Source of the DNA: Terriglobia bacterium
Lineage (GTDB): Bacteria > Acidobacteriota > Terriglobia > JAIQFV01
Length of the DNA: 64,000 nucleotides
Assembly: GCA_028716525.1 (NCBI GenBank)
Contig: JAQUPQ010000015.1
Span: 1,237 to 65,236, forward strand
Direction: 5' to 3'
The position numbers and the translations under genes are program-made. This document shows positions 41,231 through 52,100 of this stretch, piece by piece. Position 1 is the stretch's first letter. Each line of letters starts with the position of its first letter. The notes beneath the pieces were generated by a model. It saw only the letters and a program-made list of their open reading frames with translations, made no database searches and was not told the DNA's origin.

Positions 41231-42463
41231 TCACGGCCGCGCCAATTCCCTTTCCTGCGGGAAAAGATTGAGATAGCGGAATGAAAAAGAATAAACCAAC
41301 ACACCGTAAGCCACGATCGCCAGGAACGCCGCCGTCTCCTGCCAGCTGGGCAGATACGACAAGAACCGATCAAAGGGCAACGTCGGCAACGCCAAGGTTT
41401 GAATGGTCAGCACAAAACGGTTCAAGGCGACACCGCCGCAGACCAGCACGGCGGCCGTCAACAACCAGCCACGGTGCGCCCGAAGACGGCGGCTCAACAA
41501 AATCACAGCGGGGAGCAAGCCGAACAGCACAATCTCTGCAAACAGGATCCAGGTTCCGAACGGTTTCCACTGATAATACTGGTAGGCCGGAAAGCCCCGC
41601 GCCGGCGAAGTACCGTTGATCCATACCAGGGTATCCACGGTTTTTAACAAGGTATAAACGATCAACAGGATTCCGGAAATCTGGCCCAGCTCGCTGAACA
41701 CTTCGGGCCGGACGAGTCTTTTGCGGGAAATTTTTGACACCAGCCAGGTTGTCAACAGAATGAAGCACGGCCCGGCGGCCAGCGCCGACAGGATGAAGAG
41801 GAAAAATGTCGACGGCCAAATCGCCAGGCCCTCGCGAAATGCAAAGGGCCGCCCTCGCAGGACACCATACAGCCCTCCCAACGATCCCTGGTGGAAAAAC
41901 GAGAGAATCGTGCCGACACCCGCCAACACCACCATAAGTTTGTGCAATTCAAACTCAAAGACCAGGAACGACGGCACCTGCCGCAGTTTGCGGTTCTTCA
42001 AAATGATGGGAAGATATTCGATGAAGAGCACCGCCAGATAGCAACTGATGCAAAACGTCACTTCCGTGAGCATGGAATGCACATTGGGATGCCAAAAAGT
42101 AAACCAGGCCCGCAGGGGCTGTCCCACGTCAACCATCAACACGGCCACCGCGCCGCTGTAGCAGACGAAACCCAGCACTACGGCGCTGTTAATTACGGCT
42201 TTCAACTCTTCTTTCTTCAAAATATAGACCAGGAATCCGGTGAAGAAAGCGCCCGCACCCAACGCAATCACCGTGAGATCCAGAAAAATCCACAGCCCGA
42301 AGGCAAAACGATTGTCCATGTGCGTTTGATTCAAGCCCCGCGAAAAACACAGCCATGCCGCGTAGAGCCCCAAAGCCAACAGGGCCGTCCAAGGAAGAAT
42401 CCACATCAAAAATTTCGAAAAGGACGAGCGGGTGACGCCGCGAACCATGTATCCCCTATCCAT
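41231..42463 (-). CDS. NrfD/PsrC-type polysulfide-reductase-family integral membrane (quinone-interacting) subunit
   Basis: About 410 aa, 9-10 predicted TM helices with the NrfD-family pattern. Positioned downstream of the Fe-S subunit, as in psr/qrc/act operons. Confidence 0.75.
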   Translation of the reverse strand: MDRGYMVRGVTRSSFSKFLMWILPWTALLALGLYAAWLCFSRGLNQTHMDNRFAFGLWIFLDLTVIALGAGAFFTGFLVYILKKEELKAVINSAVVLGFVCYSGAVAVLMVDVGQPLRAWFTFWHPNVHSMLTEVTFCISCYLAVLFIEYLPIILKNRKLRQVPSFLVFEFELHKLMVVLAGVGTILSFFHQGSLGGLYGVLRGRPFAFREGLAIWPSTFFLFILSALAAGPCFILLTTWLVSKISRKRLVRPEVFSELGQISGILLIVYTLLKTVDTLVWINGTSPARGFPAYQYYQWKPFGTWILFAEIVLFGLLPAVILLSRRLRAHRGWLLTAAVLVCGGVALNRFVLTIQTLALPTLPFDRFLSYLPSWQETAAFLAIVAYGVLVYSFSFRYLNLFPQERELARP

Positions 42464-43229
42464 GAGTTTGGTCCTTCCGTGCCATCTGCACCTCATCTTC
42501 TGAAACTTTCCTGACCCAGGATTGGCGCGTCAGGTAATAAATTTTCGGTTCGGTTCCAAGTTGTTCGAGCATGCGAAAGGCTTCGGGACGCCGCGCCAGA
42601 CGGGCCACTTCACTGGTTTCGTCATTCAAATCACCGAAGACGATGGCGCGCGCCGGGCATGCTTCGACACAGGCGGGAACATATTCGCCGGGTTGAAGTG
42701 TGTCGCGGCCTGCGGCGGCCGCTCTCTCCCGTGCCGCATGCAATCGCCCGTGACAGAAATTGCATTTTTCCACGACACCCCGCATGCGCGTGGAAACATC
42801 CGGATTGAGAGTTTTTTCCATCCCCGGGGGCCACACGGCGTCCCACCAATTGAAATAGCGGGCGTGATACGGGCACGCGGCCATGCAATAACGGCATCCC
42901 AGGCAGCGTTCCGGCATCTGGCCGACCACGCCGGTCGCCGGGTCGACATCCACGGCTTGTTGCGGACAAACCGAAACGCACGGTGTCTCGCGGCCGCATT
43001 GCTGGCAGGGCACAGGTACAAACACAGAACGGTTGTTCGGAAACTTCAATCCATTGTTGAAACGATACACGCGCAGCCAGGTGATCCCGGTGCGATCGGT
43101 GGCCTCACGGTGCGCCGGAGGAACATTGTTTTCCACCGCACAGGCCATCATGCAGGCCCCGCATCCGTTGCAGCGATCCAGATCGATTACCATGCCGTAT
43201 CGAGATTTTTTTTGTGTTGGCGTGGTCAT
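42456..43229 (-). CDS. 4Fe-4S ferredoxin-type iron-sulfur subunit (PsrB/QrcC/HybA-like, four clusters)
   Basis: Four Cys clusters: CNGCGACMMAC, CQQCGRETPCVSVCP, CLGCRYCMAACP, C...CVEACP. Start set at MTTPTQ. Confidence 0.85.
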   Translation of the reverse strand: MTTPTQKKSRYGMVIDLDRCNGCGACMMACAVENNVPPAHREATDRTGITWLRVYRFNNGLKFPNNRSVFVPVPCQQCGRETPCVSVCPQQAVDVDPATGVVGQMPERCLGCRYCMAACPYHARYFNWWDAVWPPGMEKTLNPDVSTRMRGVVEKCNFCHGRLHAARERAAAAGRDTLQPGEYVPACVEACPARAIVFGDLNDETSEVARLARRPEAFRMLEQLGTEPKIYYLTRQSWVRKVSEDEVQMARKDQTHG

Positions 43230-43234
43230 GGCTG

Positions 43235-45481
43235 TCAGACTCCGCTCATCTTTGCCCGCGTCACCCTCCACACGCCATCGTCGTCGAGGTTGCACAGACA
43301 CAGAATATTCCGGCCGTCCACTTCCTGAGATTCGTGGAATTCTTTAAGGTTGGGCCCGACGATGACTTGAATTACTTCCGGCATCACAGCGTCGTCGAAA
43401 TGAACCCGCGCCACTTTGGATCCGCAGCGCGTTTGAATCAGAGCCGGGCCGCCATCCGTCAGACCCCAACGCCGTCCCGTTTCTACATTGACTCGAGCTT
43501 CGCCTCCAAGGTGGCGCAATCCCGATTCCTGATAAATCTTCGTCATGACGGGTGAAAGGCCATTCTGGCCCACGGCGCCACGCCAACCTTCCGGCATCAA
43601 GACCAGCGGAAATTCAGTTGCCGGGTCTCGCTGTATTTCCAAGCGTCCATGGCCCACGGCCTCCAGTCTTTCCGCCGCGTTGGCGGCCTTCCCCAGCAAG
43701 GAGAAACGAGAAGCAATCGGCGATGTGGAAGACGGTGGGTCATCGCGCCACGACGCTCCATCGCAAAACATGGCCCACATCGAATCCGCTGATGCGACGT
43801 CTTTCACCCGTGTCTCGGACTCGTTACGATAGCTGAAGATCGTTCCGCGGCGATCACGATGGAACTGCTCCACTCGCCGTTTGAACAAATCCTTCGGAGA
43901 GACGTCTTGAAATTCGGGGGCCAGGTGAACTCCCGCAGCCACAGCGACACGCCGAATAAAATCAAACGGCTCTTGAACTCCACCCGGTGGGACCAGCAGC
44001 GGCAGGGACAGACTGTAGGAAGTCGTCGGAGAATCCAATGGAGTCAAGACTTCTTCCCAAGACTCCAAATAGACCGGTGAAGGAACAATGAACTGCGCAT
44101 TCCGGCTTATTCCCAACAGGTACGGTGAAAAACTGACGACCACAGGATTGTCTCGCACCAACTTCTTTTCCAAGAGGGTCCAGGGGATGGCATTCCCAGA
44201 AGGCAAGGCATCGACGAATAAAACCCTGATGGAATGGTCGGGAATATCGCGAAGAGAACTTGCGGGTTTCAAATTCTTCGATGGCTCTTTTAACCATTTC
44301 GGCAGCTCGCGACGAGGGAGAAATCCGCCCCTGCGACCTACATTTCCCAACACGAAATTCAGCGCCGCAATAGCCGTTTCTTCCTCCGGACCCAACGGTC
44401 CAGCTCCCGGATCGCCTCCTCCCAAAACGATGGAGGGACCGCGTTGGACCAATTCCCGGGCCAGACTGACGATTTTATCTTCAGATACTCCCGTAATGGC
44501 AGCGGTCGTTCGGGGAGAAAACTTTTCCGTGAGCTCACGAAATGATCCCTGGGCTCCCTGCTCAAGATCGATCGCCTGCCGAGAAAGCGCCGCCATGTCG
44601 ATCAACTTTTCTTTAATCAATATGCCCGCCAGACCCAGAGCCAAAGCCGCTTCCGTGCCCGGGCGCAGAGGCAGCCACTCATCGGCCAGGAGAGCCGTGC
44701 GCGATTGGTGCGTCTCAGCCTGAATGATTTTGAGATGACTTTCAGAGGAATCTTGCAGCCCTTCCGACATTTTCCAGAGCCTTGCAGGATTCCCCCATCC
44801 GTCCAGCAGCGGCGTTCCAAAACTCAGAATGGTTCGTGTGTTTTCAAGATCAATTCCCAGGGCGCCATAGGGTTTCTCCGCGGCTGATTCCATGGCATGC
44901 AATGTGGCCCCGGAATCAGAAACCGGGTTCAGATAAACGCCGTTGGGAAAACCCGACAAAAAATTCCGATACATCAATGAGGTGACACGCCCCGGCCGTT
45001 CGTCAAGGATCGCCGCCAGATCCCCGGAACCGGACGCCCGCGTGGTGGCCAACGCCTCGGACACAGTCAAGACAATATCCTCCGGCGTACACGGCTGAAA
45101 CGATGCAGATATTCCGGAGGCGCGCCGGAGTGGCTGTGTGACACGTTGGGGATGGTAACGGAGATGATGCCCTCCGAGGCCCACGGCACACAGCGCACCC
45201 CGGCTCCCGGATTGCGGTGCGATACCCGCCAAACTAATGGGCTGTCCGCCCACGCATCGCGCCCGCACTCCACACCCTGCCGGACACAAGGTGCAGTTGG
45301 AATAACGAAACTGGATTTCGCCGCGTGGAGGAGAGGTCACCCAGCGGCCGTTTTGCGTCCAGATGGACACATCATCGAGGAGCTTCCAGGGAATGGGCGT
45401 GAACCACAACCCCAGGGCCGAACCCCCGGCCAGCCTTAACAGATCTCGACGCGAAATCTTTTCCCTCATGGCGACCCTCAA
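43235..45481 (-). CDS. TAT-exported molybdopterin-oxidoreductase (MopB/CISM family) catalytic-type subunit
   Basis: Twin-arginine signal SRRDLLRLAGGSALG. N-terminal 4Fe-4S motif CTLCPAGCGVRARC...C. About 745 aa with MopB-like domain order. Confidence 0.8.
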   Translation of the reverse strand: MRVAMREKISRRDLLRLAGGSALGLWFTPIPWKLLDDVSIWTQNGRWVTSPPRGEIQFRYSNCTLCPAGCGVRARCVGGQPISLAGIAPQSGSRGALCAVGLGGHHLRYHPQRVTQPLRRASGISASFQPCTPEDIVLTVSEALATTRASGSGDLAAILDERPGRVTSLMYRNFLSGFPNGVYLNPVSDSGATLHAMESAAEKPYGALGIDLENTRTILSFGTPLLDGWGNPARLWKMSEGLQDSSESHLKIIQAETHQSRTALLADEWLPLRPGTEAALALGLAGILIKEKLIDMAALSRQAIDLEQGAQGSFRELTEKFSPRTTAAITGVSEDKIVSLARELVQRGPSIVLGGGDPGAGPLGPEEETAIAALNFVLGNVGRRGGFLPRRELPKWLKEPSKNLKPASSLRDIPDHSIRVLFVDALPSGNAIPWTLLEKKLVRDNPVVVSFSPYLLGISRNAQFIVPSPVYLESWEEVLTPLDSPTTSYSLSLPLLVPPGGVQEPFDFIRRVAVAAGVHLAPEFQDVSPKDLFKRRVEQFHRDRRGTIFSYRNESETRVKDVASADSMWAMFCDGASWRDDPPSSTSPIASRFSLLGKAANAAERLEAVGHGRLEIQRDPATEFPLVLMPEGWRGAVGQNGLSPVMTKIYQESGLRHLGGEARVNVETGRRWGLTDGGPALIQTRCGSKVARVHFDDAVMPEVIQVIVGPNLKEFHESQEVDGRNILCLCNLDDDGVWRVTRAKMSGV

Positions 45482-46063
45482 CTACTTGTGACAATCCAGA
45501 CAGGCATCGGAACGCCCGCGGGCGGCATGACACCGTGAGCACTCCGTCATCTTCATGCCTCGCGAGAAGCCGGCAATGTTCTGCCCCCAGATATCGCGGC
45601 TGTACCCGCTGAGGCGATTGCGTTGGAATTCCCGCAACGACTCACTCGACCCGTGCGATCCATGGCATTCATCGCATTTCAGCCGGGCTTGCCGGACATG
45701 AAAGAGATGTGAGAAATAGGTGTTATCGGGTTGCCGGGAATACACGCGCCACGGGATTTCTTCGCCCGGGACGATGTATTTTTCGACGAGAAGTTTTTCG
45801 TCCGCAGAAGCCGTCAATGGCGCGGCATGGCACTCCGCGCACTTGGAGACGCTTGGAATTCCGGCAAACGAGCCGTCGCTGCGGAAGGCGTGGCAATCGT
45901 CACATTTCAAGCCGACTTTTTCCGAGGTGTGAACGCGATGGCTGAATTGCAGTGGTTGATCGATCCGCTCATAAAGCATCCGGGGAAATCCCATCCATCC
46001 AATCCCCAGTGCGGCCAATAATCCAGCCGCAAAAAATAAGAGGCCTCGATTCATTACCACCAT
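45482..46063 (-). CDS. Membrane-anchored pentaheme c-type cytochrome (NapC/NrfH/ActA-like)
   Basis: N-terminal TM helix, then five CxxCH motifs (CDDCH, CAECH, CDECH, CSRCH, CLDCH) in 193 aa. Confidence 0.85.
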   Translation of the reverse strand: MVVMNRGLLFFAAGLLAALGIGWMGFPRMLYERIDQPLQFSHRVHTSEKVGLKCDDCHAFRSDGSFAGIPSVSKCAECHAAPLTASADEKLLVEKYIVPGEEIPWRVYSRQPDNTYFSHLFHVRQARLKCDECHGSHGSSESLREFQRNRLSGYSRDIWGQNIAGFSRGMKMTECSRCHAARGRSDACLDCHK

Positions 46064-47010
46064 TTCCTCCAGTTGGCATAAGGCGAAAAGAATTGATTGA
46101 TAAACGACAGGCGGGCTTCATAGTCCAAACGATTGAAGAAACCGGGAACAAACAAACCGCCGTCGGTCATCAGCTTTTCATCCTGAGGAGCGTCCGGCGC
46201 ATGGTTCTGTATAAATTCGGTGACCCGGTTGAATTCCTGCTCCATCCAGGTCTTCGCTTCCGCCCCCGGCATCAATCCGGAGCGCGCGCCGCGTTCTCCC
46301 GCTCCGTTGGGAGGGTCCATGGTTTCGAACAACCATCCGGCTCCATAGGGTTCGGACGTCAAACGCTCGGGACTGCTCCGCAAACTCACGTTGGTGTTCG
46401 TCACGACGACAAGATTTGGAAACGCCATCTGCAGCTCCACATCCTTCAGCGTCAAAACCACGGTGGGACGATCCATCGCCCGTCGGGCCAGAAACCGGAC
46501 TTGATCCACCCGTCCCAACGCTCTCGCTAAAAACGCATCGACACCGATGTGGCACATGCCGTCATCACCCACGTCCAGCCACATGTGATTGGCGGAGTAA
46601 AACAGCTCCGGGGGAACGGGAATGCCTTCCACACGGTCATCTTCGGTGGAGGAGTGTGAACCCGACCAACCCGCCGGCGCCGTCCCCGGCATGCGGGGAT
46701 GCGCCAGGGCATAAAACAAATCGCAGAAGCGGTGAGAATCGCTGCTGCAGCGCGAGGCCAAAGACTCACTGTAAGGGATGAATTTCGTGACGGGCGCCGC
46801 CGAACAAAACTGCACCAGGGATTCTTCCAGGAACGGACACTTCTCTTGAGCCGGTCCCTCGGCATGCATTCGGGCCACCGGACAATCCAGATATGCCGGC
46901 GTGGAGCATTTTTCGCCGGCCGCGTTTCCCGGCCTTTCCACAATCATCTTGCGGAACGTCGCCGTCTGGCAGTTCTTCACGTAGGTTTCCTTGAGGAATG
47001 GACACTTCAT
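46054..47010 (-). CDS. Cys-rich protein with GcvH-like (lipoyl-carrier fold) domain; first gene of the redox operon
   Basis: N-terminal 100 aa carry 10 Cys, including two repeats KCPFL(K/E)E..V..C. Central HMWLDVGDDGMCHIGVD...LTLKDVELQMAFPNLVVVTN...SEPYGAGWLFETMD matches the GcvH fold (HEW..DG..VGIT...ESVKAASD..APVSGEIV..SEPYAGGWIFKIK). Confidence 0.6.
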   Translation of the reverse strand: MKCPFLKETYVKNCQTATFRKMIVERPGNAAGEKCSTPAYLDCPVARMHAEGPAQEKCPFLEESLVQFCSAAPVTKFIPYSESLASRCSSDSHRFCDLFYALAHPRMPGTAPAGWSGSHSSTEDDRVEGIPVPPELFYSANHMWLDVGDDGMCHIGVDAFLARALGRVDQVRFLARRAMDRPTVVLTLKDVELQMAFPNLVVVTNTNVSLRSSPERLTSEPYGAGWLFETMDPPNGAGERGARSGLMPGAEAKTWMEQEFNRVTEFIQNHAPDAPQDEKLMTDGGLFVPGFFNRLDYEARLSFINQFFSPYANWRKWW

Positions 47011-47240
47011 GTGGCACTCGTTTCTGCTATCTCACCCTCTGCCCGCCGAGAGAGTCTCCATGTCGAGTCGAAATCGAGTTTGAGTGTTTTCATCTCTGCC
47101 TCTCGACAACTTCCTCGGCGTTTTCCAAAAGGGATGGTGGCAAGAAGGCGTGAGATGGAAATTTCTCCTCGCCACCACCCTTCGCCGACGAACCACCCGC
47201 TGATTCACGTGTTTGGGGTTCGCGGCACACTGGTGCGGCC

Positions 47241-47627
47241 CTAATTCACCGACCGCACAATGTGAGGTTCTTCATCGTCCGAGACGCAATCGCCGTGCAC
47301 ATGCGGTAAGGTCGGCGCTACAGACTCGCCCCCATCCGCCATCGTGAATCCCAATTCCGGTATGAGGAAAGCATGATCGTCTTCCTTTACACTCTTGCGC
47401 TTCCGGATCATGACCATCTCGGAGTAAACCACTCGTCCCACCACGATCACGCAAGCCAAGGTCACCAATCCCAATGCAACATTGGTCAGGTTTAACCAGA
47501 ACGTGGCAGGATCAGTTGCGTTGAACACGACGCGCCTCCTTTGAAGACTTCCCGGTCTTCGCTGAACGTTGTTCACAAGGACTGGAGTGCAATCGGATGA
47601 CCGATCCGTGTTCAGCTTGTGGGACAA
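47241..47627 (-). CDS. Hypothetical small membrane protein
   Basis: ORF with one clear TM helix (NVALGLVTLACVIVVGRVV) and no recognisable motifs. Coding status uncertain. Confidence 0.25.
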   Translation of the reverse strand: MSHKLNTDRSSDCTPVLVNNVQRRPGSLQRRRVVFNATDPATFWLNLTNVALGLVTLACVIVVGRVVYSEMVMIRKRKSVKEDDHAFLIPELGFTMADGGESVAPTLPHVHGDCVSDDEEPHIVRSVN

Positions 47628-47834
47628 GCCAACATCGCATTGAAAAATCTGGAAATTAAATTGTTGGGGTGAAACGCGGCATCAGCGGACGATCACAACG
47701 GATGTGGGGTTTTCCAACACAGAATTCTAAAATTCCGGCACGACAAAGATGCGGATCTGACGTGAGATAAATCTTCTTGCAGGGGGTCGGGCGGAGGAAA
47801 GGAAGAGGAGATCCCCAGGTTTCAAAAGGGCGGT

Positions 47835-48797
47835 TCAGCTTCCCAGCTTCTTCAGCTCGCCATCAATAATCTTTTGGAATACCGGGAAAGGTTGAGCGCC
47901 GGCCACGGGACGGCCATCAATGAAGAACAGCGGTGTACCCGTGAGGTTGAGCGCCTGACCTTCCTCGATGTCGGCTTGAATTTGCGGCAAGGGCTTCTTC
48001 TGGTCGTAACAGCTTTCAAACTCGGGGATATTCAGCCCCGATTGCGTGGCGATTTCCACCGACTTAGCGCGAATCGTTTGTTCGGTGATCGTAGACTGAT
48101 TTTCAAAAAAACCGTTGTAGAAATTCCAAAAGGCGTCCTTCTTCTGCTCAAACGCGCACAAGCCGGCCACGGCAGCGCTCTCCGCCCACTTATGGATGGG
48201 CAGGGGATAATTCTTGTAAATCAGTTTGATCTTGTCGCCGTAGCTTTTGAGTACTTCTTTTTCCAGAGTTTGATAGGCCTGGCCACACATGGGGCATTCG
48301 AAATCGGAAAATTCCACAATGGTGACGGGAGCATTTTTGTTGCCGAGCATGGGCTCATTATCGAGCTTCATTTTCTTGAGATTCTCTTTGAACGGATCGA
48401 CCGTGAGATCCAGAATCTGCCCCAGGAAGGCCAAGCGATTATCCTTGCTGACCAGGACCTGAATGCGCTCGATATTGGTCCCGTCGCTGTATTTAACCGT
48501 CACGGTATCAAAACCGCTGAGCTTGGAGGAAGTACGGTCCACCACCCACATTTCCAGCCCGGCTGCCACGGGCTGGGCATTTAGAATGTTGTTGACGAGG
48601 CGCTCATTGAACTGCTCCGTGGTCATCGTGGAAGTCGGCTTTTCATCCGCGCGAGCTACGGATTTCTTGGCCGCAGCCGGCGGGGATGTTTTCTTGGTCG
48701 TCTGGGCCAAGGCCGCGGGAAAATTGAGGGCCAACAATCCCACCAGGACAAACAAAATCTCGGTAAAGAAGAAACAATTCAGGCTTCTCGGCTTCAT
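47835..48797 (-). CDS. Periplasmic DsbA-family thiol:disulfide oxidoreductase (thioredoxin fold)
   Basis: Signal peptide, Ala/Lys/Pro-rich linker, thioredoxin-like domain with active-site FECPMCGQ and the conserved cis-Pro region. Confidence 0.8.
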   Translation of the reverse strand: MKPRSLNCFFFTEILFVLVGLLALNFPAALAQTTKKTSPPAAAKKSVARADEKPTSTMTTEQFNERLVNNILNAQPVAAGLEMWVVDRTSSKLSGFDTVTVKYSDGTNIERIQVLVSKDNRLAFLGQILDLTVDPFKENLKKMKLDNEPMLGNKNAPVTIVEFSDFECPMCGQAYQTLEKEVLKSYGDKIKLIYKNYPLPIHKWAESAAVAGLCAFEQKKDAFWNFYNGFFENQSTITEQTIRAKSVEIATQSGLNIPEFESCYDQKKPLPQIQADIEEGQALNLTGTPLFFIDGRPVAGAQPFPVFQKIIDGELKKLGS

Positions 48798-49152
48798 ACG
48801 TATTGAACCCTCCTCGTCCTAATCTTCGGGCCTTCAACGCCGCAACATCATCACTGGTGACGGCTCAGTCGAAACGAATGCATTTTCAAAAGCGCCGCCC
48901 AGTGTATCAAAGTTTCCGAAGGCTGTCGCGCCGAGTTGAAATGCCCGAACGACATTTCCTCCCATATGCGTCACGTGGTCTTTTGATTTTTGGATTTTGG
49001 TGATTGGATTTTATTTGAATTTCGATTTTTGGGGTCTGGAATTTGCGGTCGAGGCTCTGTCCCCAAATTTCCGGTCGAGAATGTTATACTCCCCATTCGT
49101 CTCCAGGGCCTGATCCACAAACCATTTTCCAAATCAAAGGAGCGTCCCCACG

Positions 49153-52100
49153 ATGCTTTCTCCTCTGAGCCGTTCCCCTTTCAAGCTTCTGGCATTGCTA
49201 GCTTGCGTTTTTATTCTCTCGTCTTCAACCGTTTTGCCCCAAGATGTGCCCGCCAATGCTTTGGCGGCCCTGAAGTGGCGACTGATTGGGCCCTTCCGGG
49301 GAGGCCGGGCTTTAACCGCTGCAGGCATCCCTGGCGACCCCGCCACATTTTATTTCGGGGCGGTGGGAGGCGGTGTTTGGAAAACCACCGACGGCGGCGT
49401 GGTGTGGAGGCCCCTCTTCGATTCCCAGCCGATCGCTTCCATCGGCGCGCTGGCTATCGCACCTTCCGATCCGAAAATTCTTTATGTCGGGAGCGGTGAA
49501 GCCGACATGCGCTCCGACATCTCTTTCGGCGACGGCCTTTACAAATCCACGGACGCCGGGGCTACTTGGACGCCTATCGGGTTACGCGATTCTCACCAAA
49601 TCGGCCGCATTCTTGTCGACCCGCACGACCCCAATATCGTTTTAGTGGCGGCGCTGGGGCATGCCTACGGACCCAACATCGAACGCGGGATCTTTCGCTC
49701 CACAGACGGCGGAAAAACATGGTCGCGGGTGTTGTACAAGGACGAGAATACCGGGGCCGTCGATTTGTGCTTCGATCCTGAAAACTCAAAGGTCGTTTAT
49801 GCTTCGCTGTGGCGCACACGCCGTCCGCCTTGGAACGTGTATCCGCCTTCTGGAGGTCCGGGCAGCGGACTCTACAAATCCAGGGATAACGGTCAAACCT
49901 GGCAGGAACTTCAGGGCAACGGTCTTCCCTCGGGAGAATGGGGGCGCGTCGGCATCGCAGTCGGCTACGGCAAGGATCACAACCGCGTCTACGCCCTCAT
50001 CGATGCTCGTGAGGGCGGGCTGTTTCGGTCTGATGACGCCGGAAAGAACTGGCAACGGGTCAGCACCGACTCCCGTGTGCGCGGCCGCGCCTGGTACTTC
50101 AGCGGCGTGACGGTCGATCCGCACAACGCCGATGTGGTCTACATACCCAATGTCTCAATTTACAAATCCACGGATGCCGGAAAAACTTTTGTGGCTTTCA
50201 AGGGCGCCCCGGGAGGAGATGATTACCATTTCTTGTGGATCGACCCCACTGATTCGCAGCGCATGATCGTGGCCAGCGACCAGGGCACGGTCATCAGCGT
50301 CAACGGCGGGCGAACCTGGAGCTCCTGGTACAACCAGCCCACGGCCCAGTTCTATCACGTCGTCACCGACCATCGCTTTCCCTATCACGTTTACGGCGCA
50401 CAGCAGGACAGCGGCACCGCCGCCGTCTTGAGCCGCAGCGATTACGGCTCCATCACATTTCGCAACTGGTACCCGGTTGGCGCCGGTGAAAGCGGGACCA
50501 TTGCTCCGGATCCGACGAATCCCAACATCGTCTTCGGCGGCGACACGAACGGCCGCCTCTTCCGCTTCAATCGCGTCACCGGACAATCTCAAAACATCTC
50601 TCCTTCACCGGCTTCTGCTTTTGGCGAGGATCCGGCCACCGCGAAGTTTCGGTTTACCTGGACTTCACCGCTTGTTTTTTCCCCCTTGCAGCCTCACACG
50701 CTGTATTTCGGCTCTCAATTCGTCCTGCAGACAAAAGATGGAGGCATGAGCTGGACGAAGATCAGCCCCGATTTGACACGCCATGCGGATAAGCCGCCGA
50801 AAACGACCGCTGCCGAGGGCGGCTCCATCGATACCAGCCACAGCTATGGCCGCGGCGTGGTTTATTCGATTGCGCCTTCATTCGTGAAATCCGGTGTCAT
50901 TTGGGCGGGCACGGACGACGGGCTCATTCAACTCACCCGCGATGACGGGAAGGCCTGGCACAACGTCACGCCGCCCGAACTCACCGTGTGGAGCAAGATC
51001 GGAATCATCGAGGCCTCCCACTTCGACCCCGCCACCGCCTACGCCGCCGTGGATCGACATCGTTTGGACGATTATCAACCGTATATCTATCGCACCCATG
51101 ATTTCGGAAAAACCTGGAAGCGCATTAACGACGGAATTCGAGAGCCTGCATTCGTCAACGCCGTGCGCGAGGATCCGGTGCGAAAGGGGTTGCTCTTCGC
51201 CGGGACGGAACTGGGGGTCTACGTGTCATTCGATGACGGCGAACACTGGCAACCCTTGCAACTGAATCTTCCCGTCGCATCGATACGCGACCTCGCCGTC
51301 GAGCAGAACGATTTGATCGCCGCCACGCACGGGCGTTCCTTTTGGATTCTCGATGACATTGCGTCTCTGCGGCAGATGAATCGTGGTGTGTTGGAAAGCG
51401 AGGCCCACCTGTTTAAACCGCAGGATACCGTGCGCGTTCGCGAAAACGTCACTCATGATACGCCCCTGCCGCCGGAGGAACCGGCCGGCCAGAATCCGCC
51501 CTACGGCGCATTGATCGACTACTACCTGAAGTCCGAGCCCGCCGGTGACGTCTCCATCGAGATTCTCGATAACACGGGAAAACTGGTTCGAAAATTCTCC
51601 AGCAGCGACAAACCCTTCGACCCCGGGACTCCTCCTTTTCCCAATTACTGGCTTCGCCCGGCCGGTCCTCCTTCGAAAAATCCAGGGTTGAATCGGTTGG
51701 CGTGGGATCTGCGCTATCCCAGGCCGGCGGTATTGAATTTTCAATTCGGAATCGCCGCGGCTTTCGGCGCCAACGCGCCCGCCCTGCCCATGGGCCCGCG
51801 AGTTTTGCCCGGAACCTATCGCGTTCGGCTCGCTGTGAACGGCAAGTCCTATTCACAAACTTTCTCTGTGAAACCGGATCCGCGGGTCACCACAGCCCGG
51901 CTCGATCTGGTCAAACAATTTGATCTGGAGATGAAAATCGATGGCGCATTGAAACAAGATTTTGATGCGCTCACCGAAGCGCGGAAGGTTCGCGAGCAAA
52001 TTAAGAAACTGGATAACAGTCTCTCGAAAACAGCCGGCAACGAAACGTTGCTTGGTCATTTGAAGTCGCTCGATGAAAAGATCGGCGGCCTTCTCGGAGA

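Noticed and set aside
47011-47030. Sigma54 -24/-12-like TGGCAC-N5-TCTGC immediately at the first codon of the redox operon
   Set aside because: Motif is on the plus strand pointing away from the minus-strand operon and overlaps the start codon. Spacing is also one nt off consensus. Treated as coincidence.
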